DNA of 18,051 bases from Ginkgo biloba (lineage: Eukaryota > Plantae > Ginkgophyta), in the NCBI GenBank assembly GCA_024626585.2, contig JANKJI020000002.1, forward strand, positions 263,522,871 to 263,540,921, given 5' to 3'. The notes under the pieces were generated by a model. It saw only the letters and a program-made list of their open reading frames with translations, was not told the origin of the DNA and made no database searches. Position numbers and translations under genes: made by a program. Below, one piece after another: positions 11,501-18,051 of this stretch. Positions within the stretch are counted from its first letter, which is position 1, and the number at the start of each line of letters is the position of its first letter.

Positions 11501-12907
11501 GCAAGTTTGCATCATCCAGGAGAAAATGATTTACCAAAACCTGCACACAATTAGAAGATTCACGATGTTGAATCTGCCTCCAGAAAGGATTGCTCCTAAA
11601 CCTGAGCAACACAGAAAATAACGAATAGTACAAGTGACAAGATCAAATGATAAGAGTTTAAGGCCCATGGCAAAATCAAGAAAAGTGTGCTAAGAGGTTC
11701 TCTATTAGAGAGTTTATTTAAGTGCTCTACCATATGGCATGACTAAACACAATGTTTAATCTGATAGAAAAATCACTAGATAAATATTTCTTTACATTTG
11801 ATGAGGTTTGAAGCTAGTTTCAAAAGCTCCTGCATATCTGACCTATATGAGAAAATCAGTAAACAAGCTTGGAAGTGACAAAGAACAAAGAAAACACTTA
11901 CCAAATCTGAAGTCAAAAGGGAAAAAGTTTAATTGTATTAAAAGTTGAATAGTATAGGTATAGATTCCTAGATGCAATGCAAATGCAATACTTGGGTCAG
12001 GTAGGCGTGACATTTACTTGTACCTTTCGGTGGCCATTGAGTTGAGCAACAAAGTTACCTTAGATATAGATTCCTATGCAGATTAGGAACGCATACATTG
12101 ATCGAAACACGTTAGATAGAATTAAAAATCATATTAAGGTNNNNNNNNNNNNNNNNNNNNNNNNNNCTAATTCTGATCAGATAAAGCCAGATCTTAGAAA
12201 TTTATGAGGCTTCATAAAGTCAAGTCCTCACAGTAGTCACAATCCTTATCAGGTCACAAAATAGAATAAACACCTTAGGTGCATCATGGCCTGCATGTGG
12301 CCATTGTCATTTGGTAAGTAAGATGAATTTCAATATAAATTGGAATAGCATTTCCCCTATCTAACTACCAAGACATGGGTCATTACTTCACAGTCAGGTT
12401 TCTCATCTTTGCATAGGTAACTTTTTGGATTTATAATAAAAATGTTTTCAAATAATTTAGAAGCATAGTAAACAATCCCACTCATCAATTCTGCTGATGT
12501 AGGAACTAAAACCATAAGATCATACTGCAAACAGCTTAGGATGGCCAAAAGCAATCTTTTCAAGTAATTTCTAAATTCATAGCACAAAAAAGCCTGCCAG
12601 TAAAAGCTATAATAGTAAAAGCCACTCTCAAATTTTAAAGCTTCATAAACATGTTGAAACTATCCGGTAATTAAACCAAAACCTAAGAGAGGATACATAT
12701 AACTCTTTAAAATGTTACTAACTACAGATACAGTAATCCCGTTTTAAATTCAAATCTTTGAAGAATCAATATAGAAGATGTATGATTGCACATGCTTAAT
12801 CATTGTAGAAATGCTGCTCTTAGCTTGATTGCTTTATACAACCCAATTCATTCCCTTTTGTCTACAAGTCAATAATAATACATACTAAGTGCTGCAATTT
12901 GATGCTC

Positions 12908-13058
12908 TCAAGATTGTGGAGGGCTAGGAATCATGTCATTTTTCTTGAGCAAATCATAGATATCGCTGGATACAGCAATCGAACATGAGATCACTGCCAG
13001 TACAATCATTGTCAATGCAACAGATTTATCTTTCCTTGTCGAGATGCCATGAGTGTCT
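12908..13058 (-). CDS. AVT6: AVT6 last coding exon (exon 5); absent from the ORF track
   Basis: Acceptor CTGCAG| at 13059. Reads (R)DTHGISTRKDKSVALTMIVLAVISCSIAVSSDIYDLLKKNDMIPSPPQS*, with TGA at 12910-12908. It includes the final TM helix, and the phase-2 junction matches the exon 4b donor. Confidence 0.9.
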
Positions 13059-13170
13059 CTGCAGTAGAAATGTGTTGAGAATAAGTGCCACTACAACAAA
13101 AATGCAAATTGTCTGCCTATCCAAACAAGCAACAGACGAATAAATAATCAGGACAGCTTCCATTAGTTAC

Positions 13171-13634
13171 CTGAGTGCAATAGCACCTGGAAAAATGAAG
13201 CCAAGGCAGACTGCTGCAGTTGCTCCTGTGAACTGAAATGCAACCCAGATACTGGGTATGAATGTGGCCCCCAGGAAAGCAACTCCAACTAACCCCGATG
13301 TAATTAAAACAAACCTCTTCGTATCTGAAGTAAGGGGTCGTGCCGATGGAAAGATAAGCCCATCAAGATTGAGGCGCAAGGCAAAGTGAATCACTGGAAA
13401 GACCAGCATTAAATGAATCATATAGCTGATGAACAATGTCATTCAGAATAACACTGTAAGGGACTCCCAAATCTGTGTCAAAATTGGCTAGAACATCATC
13501 CATAGTCTGATCTCCAAACAAAAGGTAACCAAAAAAGCTTGTAGCTATGTATATTGTCGAACACAATGTCAGCGATGTCCGGACAACTGCTTGCATTTCT
13601 GAAGGATTCTCCAGTTCATTGCATATTGGATGGA
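13171..13634 (-). CDS. AVT6: AVT6 exon 4b (464 nt, contains a frameshift at ~13431)
   Basis: Acceptor GTGCAG| at 13635 and donor AG|GTAACT at 13170. Reads VHPICNELENPSEMQAVVRTSLTLCS...VLANFDTDLGVPYSVILNDIV, then continues in another frame as ISYMIHLMLVFPVIHFALRLNLDGL...FQFTGATAAVCLGFIFPGAIALR. Confidence 0.9.
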
Positions 13635-13783
13635 CTGCACATAGCAACAACATCAGAAGTCAGTTCAATACGAATATTATCACTTCTTTGAAAGCCAAAT
13701 TATCTACAATTACTTAGCTACAATTATCAAGGCCATCCAGGCTACCAACTAAATGATAAGAGAAACATAATAGTATTAAATAC

Positions 13784-13987
13784 CGTTGTAGTGGCAGATG
13801 AAAGCAGTGACCATAACTGGGACAACCGTGAAAAGCTTCCAAAAAGAAGCCTGATCAACAACATTAGGAAGTAATCTTGGCATATGTATGTCACCACTAA
13901 CGAATTTGAAAATTGTAATACCAGCAGTGATCACTACAAATATGACAGCCAATGCCACTGATAATGCAGAAGTAAATTTCAAAGAAT
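13784..13987 (-). CDS. AVT6: AVT6 exon 3b (204 nt)
   Basis: Acceptor TTGCAG| at 13988 and donor G|GTATTT at 13783. Reads DSLKFTSALSVALAVIFVVITAGI...FTVVPVMVTAFICHYN. Confidence 0.92.
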
Positions 13988-14328
13988 CTGCAACAACAGG
14001 AACTGATAAAGTCAACAAAACCAACTACCAAACAAAATCAAATCCATTTCCTTCTAATTCAACCTGTATAACTTAAAATTTGAACAAAGCACTAAAATAT
14101 ACTACACAAAATTAGAAGACCTCTAGCACAGGCAGATACTTGACTGCTATGATGACATTATACTGCTAATTTACAGATCAAATTCTTCAGATGCACTTCC
14201 CACTTTTGATGATGCTGAAGCATATTTTAGTAATAGTGTGCCAAATGATTTTTCTAAGTGCAATTTTACTGAGATTTAGTTTAACATAACCAGACGAAGG
14301 AATACATCAATTGATCCAAGTGTCCTTG

Positions 14329-14586
14329 GATCACTTGCATACAGGTTGCAAGTGGGGTGTAGGCCACTCGCCTACAACGAGGTACAAATGCACTGCAATT
14401 GCAAATGAACTCCAGTTGCAAGTGAACTTCAGCTGCAAGTGAACTACAATTGCAAGTGAATTGTAGTTGCAAGTGCATTGCAGATGCAAGTGAACCTAAT
14501 ATGCAAGCAACCTTGCCTACACCTAATATGTAGGTGACTTTTTGTCAAATGACAAAGAACTGCCTACACTTAAAATGCAAGTGATC
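14329..14586. mobile_element. Small inverted-repeat-bounded (MITE-like) element
   Basis: Perfect 12-bp inverted repeat GATCACTTGCAT (14329-14340) / ATGCAAGTGATC (14575-14586). Internal inverted motifs GTGTAGGC (14357-14364) / GCCTACAC (14516-14523 and 14562-14569). No clear target-site duplication. Confidence 0.4.
14382..14508. repeat. 17-bp minisatellite, ~7.5 units, consensus ~TTGCAAGTGAACTNCAG
   Basis: Units start at 14382, 14399, 14416, 14433, 14450, 14467, 14484 and 14501, with an exact 17-bp period. Confidence 0.9.
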
Positions 14587-14907
14587 TTTTGTCTTTTTCT
14601 TAATAGTAAACTTGTTGTTTTTTTCTAAATAGTCATCTTACAGGACACACTGGGAAAAATTCTTATAGATTCAATCCTTGGTCAAACAAAGAAAGTTGTA
14701 GAATTTTTCGTTAGCTTCGAAACAAGTCTAGGAGGATGTAAAACGGAGCTATGGTTTGCAAGTTATGGTCAGAACAATGACTTCCTGTCATAAAGTGGTA
14801 GAAATGANNNNNNNNNNNNNNNNNNNNNNNNNNNNNNNNNNNNNNNNNNNNNNNNNNNNNNNNNNNNNNNNNNNNNNNNNNNNNNNNNNNNNNNNNNNNN
14901 NNNNNNN

Positions 14908-14983
14908 GAACACAAGATGAGTGCCATCTGAACAATTCCTTGCATTTCTGAAGCATTTTCAAGTTCATTGTGTATTGGATGCA
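14908..14983 (-). CDS. AVT6: AVT6 exon 4a (5' part only, cut by the 100-N gap)
   Basis: Acceptor TTTGCAG| at 14984. Reads VHPIHNELENASEMQGIVQMALILC(S). Sequence beyond the gap (below 14808) is not exon 4. Confidence 0.85.
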
Positions 14984-16190
14984 CTGCAAATTCCAAAGAT
15001 ATCAGAAGTCACTTCAATAGTAAATCACTTTTTGGAAAGCCAGATTAAATTAGCTAGCACATTATCTAGGCTTCCACTTAGATGGTTAAAGAAACATAGC
15101 AATAATTAGTACCATTGTAATGGCAGATGTAAGCAGTGACTATAACTGGGACAACCGTGAAAAGCTTCAAAAATGAAGCTTGATCATCCACATTAGGAAG
15201 TAGTCTCGGCATGTGAATGTTGCCACTAAACAATTTGACAATTGTAATACCAGCAGTGATCACCACAAATACAACAGCCAATGCCATTGATAACGCAGAA
15301 GTAAATTTCAAGGAATCTGCAATTGCAAGGAAAGAAATGTTCAACAAGATCCAAGATCAGCAGAATCGAAGGCATTTCTTCCAAAACTGATATTCGTAAC
15401 TTTAAAATGTTAAGGGCCAAAACATATTGCAAATATTCAGAGGACCACAAGGTTGTAGCAGTGCTTGGGCACTAACATGCTGGATTGCTAGTTTGCAAAA
15501 CAAATTCTAAGGTGAATTCCAACAACCAACTATCCAAATGGACATTGAANNNNNNNNNNTCTGGTTTGGCATAATCAGCTGAAGGAATCCATCCCTATAT
15601 GAGTAATCACTTCCTCAACTGCTAGAAGGTGAGGATAAAAAATCTTGTCTTTCCTAAATTTTTTAGGATTGTACACAAGTATAAAATGAGTATTCATGCA
15701 AGAAAAACAGAGCAAATGAGCCACATCAACCTTGGATACAACTGATCGCTTACCCACATGCCTGAAAGATACTAAGGGAACCAATATAAGGATAGTAGTA
15801 AGAAGCAAGGAACCAGTCCGCCCAGTCCACCAACAAACTCCAAACCATTCTTCCAATACACCAGCATGATGAACACCGTTTGATGATGTACCAGAAATCA
15901 CATCACCTAAGCACGGTAAAAATCGTAGAAAACTCTGATCAGTAGCTGGATGTAACTTGACAATAAACAAATTTAAAGAATAAAGCAATATAAGGCAACC
16001 CATATCAATGGGTTATACATACCAATTATAATCATGTAGACAATGAGAATACCCAAGTTATTAATTATGATAGAGATCTGTGATAGAATCCTTCCAAGAC
16101 GACCAAAAGCATCGGCCATAACATCTCCATAAGAGATGGCCTTCCCAGCCTTGCTGAACTTCAGCAAAATCTCAATGGAAAAATTTGTTA
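14908..16190 (-). CDS. AVT6: AVT6-type amino acid transporter, 5' part (copy A: exon 1 partial, exons 2, 3a, 4a partial); both ends run into N gaps
   Basis: Four exons joined by GT-AG introns, all phase 1, with an open frame throughout the visible sequence. The start codon and about the first TM region are presumably hidden in the 16191-16866 gap. Confidence 0.88.
15113..15316 (-). CDS. AVT6: AVT6 exon 3a (204 nt)
   Basis: Acceptor TTGCAG| at 15317 and donor G|GTACTA at 15112. Reads DSLKFTSALSMALAVVFVVITAGI...FTVVPVIVTAYICHYN. Confidence 0.92.
15754..15906 (-). CDS. AVT6: AVT6 exon 2 (153 nt)
   Basis: Acceptor CTTAG| at 15907 and donor G|GTAAGC at 15753. Reads (G)DVISGTSSNGVHHAGVLEEWFGVCWWTGRTGSLLLTTILILVPLVSFRHV, which carries the AVT6-typical H.GVL..WFG..WW..R motif. 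Confidence 0.93.
16023..16190 (-). CDS. AVT6: AVT6 exon 1 (3' part visible)
   Basis: Reads TNFSIEILLKFSKAGKAISYGDVMADAFGRLGRILSQISIIINNLGILIVYMIIIG, with donor G|GTATGT at 16022. Confidence 0.92.
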
Positions 16191-16866
16191 NNNNNNNNNN
16201 NNNNNNNNNNNNNNNNNNNNNNNNNNNNNNNNNNNNNNNNNNNNNNNNNNNNNNNNNNNNNNNNNNNNNNNNNNNNNNNNNNNNNNNNNNNNNNNNNNNN
16301 NNNNNNNNNNNNNNNNNNNNNNNNNNNNNNNNNNNNNNNNNNNNNNNNNNNNNNNNNNNNNNNNNNNNNNNNNNNNNNNNNNNNNNNNNNNNNNNNNNNN
16401 NNNNNNNNNNNNNNNNNNNNNNNNNNNNNNNNNNNNNNNNNNNNNNNNNNNNNNNNNNNNNNNNNNNNNNNNNNNNNNNNNNNNNNNNNNNNNNNNNNNN
16501 NNNNNNNNNNNNNNNNNNNNNNNNNNNNNNNNNNNNNNNNNNNNNNNNNNNNNNNNNNNNNNNNNNNNNNNNNNNNNNNNNNNNNNNNNNNNNNNNNNNN
16601 NNNNNNNNNNNNNNNNNNNNNNNNNNNNNNNNNNNNNNNNNNNNNNNNNNNNNNNNNNNNNNNNNNNNNNNNNNNNNNNNNNNNNNNNNNNNNNNNNNNN
16701 NNNNNNNNNNNNNNNNNNNNNNNNNNNNNNNNNNNNNNNNNNNNNNNNNNNNNNNNNNNNNNNNNNNNNNNNNNNNNNNNNNNNNNNNNNNNNNNNNNNN
16801 NNNNNNNNNNNNNNNNNNNNNNNNNNNNNNNNNNNNNNNNNNNNNNNNNNNNNNNNNNNNNNNNNN

Positions 16867-18051
16867 AAAACATTGCAGGAATTTTACCAAGTTTTTGGTA
16901 TTACACACTTTCCAAATGACAGAATCGGCAATGCTTTCGTTGATCGGAGAGCATCTCTTTTGCATTCAAACTCAACAAAAATCATAGGAGGAATTTTGTT
17001 AAACCTTTGGAGCGCATCTTTTGGACATCGGGCAATCCATTATGCTTTGGGAATCAGATACAAAATCTGGAATTTGCCAGCACTTTACCTGAACAAAACT
17101 ATGCAGACATTTGTCAAACATTTCGAGCACATACAGGAAAAACGAAGACAAAAAACTGAGAAACCTTGTGAAACACTTTGATATTCATACCTTAACTCCA
17201 CGTCTCTCCTCATTGCTGACGGTATGCGTATTTGGCATGGTTGATTTATTCTCAAAATATATAAAAATGATTGAAGAGTCGCGTTCAGCAATATTAATCA
17301 ATTTATTTTTCGTGCCGTAGATCTGGAGGGCCATGAATTTCGAGTACAGTAAATTGAAACAGCACGTTAAGCTGGTTAGAGTTCCATATGAGTGGAGCGG
17401 AATCTTCCTGAGCCCAATTATTTATCGCCAAAGATTGTGACATTACAGATTGGTGGATTCGATTCCAAACCTGGAATAAGAAGGCATTGCCACTAATTCT
17501 GGAATCTAATTAGTGATTCACCGCCTCCCACGTGGACGGGGTAAAACTTAACATTTTATGGTAATCCTTGACAGAATGACAGCTATAGAGCTGATTATCA
17601 AGCCGGTCGGAATGCGGTAGAAATATGCCATGCTGATGGAAACCGGAAGTCGAGTGATGATGCAGCTTTTGAATCTTCACACACAGATTTGAATATGAAG
17701 GACTTCTTCCAAAACCATCTGATGTGAAATGCTCATCAATCTTCATGTATGTTGACAGTCGTTTGAACAATTACAAAAATATGGCAGATCAGGTATTGAT
17801 TGTTCGTCTATTAGCACTGATCGTTCGTCTATCAACATTGCTCCTTTGTCTAACGAACAATGATCATTCGTCAAATTGCAACGGGTGTTTGTCTAACGAG
17901 CAATGGTCACAGTTAACTACTTTTTGTCAAAAGATGGAGCGACTGTGTAAACGCTGTAACCACGAGTTAAGTAAATAGATTAGTTAACAATTGAGGCGCA
18001 CCCCTTCATTTAAAAGGCGCATCCTCCTATGTTGTAACCATTGAACATCTT
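16867..18051 (-). promoter_or_regulatory. Probable 5' leader/promoter region of the AVT6 gene, with G-box CCACGTGG (17528-17535) and an ABRE-like ACGTGG (minus strand, ~17198-17203)
   Basis: Lies upstream of exon 1 and visibly retains CpG compared with the left 10 kb. The motifs are read directly, but their function and the TSS are not demonstrable from sequence. Confidence 0.4.
17797..17909. repeat. Cluster of short direct and inverted repeats
   Basis: A 21-bp tandem pair at 17797-17817/17818-17838 (17/21 identical). A 22-bp direct pair at 17845-17866/17888-17909 (20/22 identical). The core ATTGTTCGT (17799-17807) is the reverse complement of ACGAACAAT (17853-17861). Confidence 0.75.

Larger units (their letters stand above)
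12908..13987 (-). pseudogene. AVT6: AVT6-type amino acid transporter, 3' part (copy B: exons 3b, 4b, 5), frameshifted in exon 4b
   Basis: Three exons with canonical GT-AG introns and compatible phases, translating to the C-terminal half of a plant AVT6/Aa_trans transporter. A frameshift lies at ~13431. Pseudogene status depends on that indel being real. Confidence 0.7.

Noticed and set aside
10723-12587. Unspliced ORFs of 76-112 aa downstream of the gene (10723, 11295, 12357), and a miRNA precursor near 10840-10870
   Set aside because: The ORFs show no recognisable domain. The local stem (TTATG..CCCA/TGGGCATAA) is too short, and I recognised no conserved plant miRNA.
13425-13440. Programmed ribosomal frameshift or tiny intron rescuing exon 4b
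   Set aside because: There is no slippery heptamer. Homology is continuous on both sides, leaving no room for an intron.
14281-14478. 65-aa ORF MHLQLQFTCNC...
   Set aside because: It is a translation of the minisatellite.
14382-14508. CRISPR-like repeat array
   Set aside because: The period is only 17 bp, there are no unique spacers or cas genes, and the context is a eukaryotic intron-like region. It is a minisatellite.
13888-15109. Plus-strand ORFs at 13888 and 14921 (and 16136)
   Set aside because: They are antisense shadows of AVT6 exons.
13113-15316. Duplicate exons as uncollapsed alleles (haplotig artefact)
   Set aside because: About 12% exon divergence and much greater intron divergence are too high for ordinary allelic variation.
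15973-16987. Long ORFs of 233-330 aa in the ORF track, including MQKRCSP... as the transporter N-terminus
   Set aside because: They are open only because they cross 676 Ns. The part beyond the gap does not resemble an AVT6 N-terminus, and frame across a gap is meaningless.
17258-17266. TATATAAAA as the AVT6 TATA box
   Set aside because: Its canonical orientation is the + strand, away from the gene. It is only ~20 nt from the candidate upstream ATG, and AT-rich matches are common here.

Overview
This is eukaryotic land-plant nuclear DNA from a gappy draft assembly with 13 N-runs, three of them exactly 100 N. A gymnosperm-type genome is a guess from the retroelement style. The left ~10 kb is AT-rich and CpG-poor and contains heavily decayed LTR retrotransposons: a Ty3/gypsy pol remnant, tRNA-iMet PBS remnants, and LTR and PPT remnants. 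The right part carries a minus-strand, GT-AG spliced AVT6-type amino acid transporter locus (Aa_trans/AAAP family) with exon order 1-2-3a-4a(partial)-[100-N gap]-3b-4b-5. Exon 3, intron 3, the start of exon 4 and part of intron 2 are present twice as old, diverged copies that appear to have been under selection. The only complete exon 4 has a frameshift, so no intact ORF can be built from the visible sequence. The gap prevents deciding between tandem paralogs, an intragenic (possibly mutually exclusive) exon duplication, and a scaffolding chimera. Smaller candidates are a hairpin-rich 17-bp minisatellite element between the copies, a possible microexon-containing small ORF downstream, and a possible spliced uORF or recursive splice site upstream. 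No prokaryotic features, RNA genes or CRISPR arrays were found.
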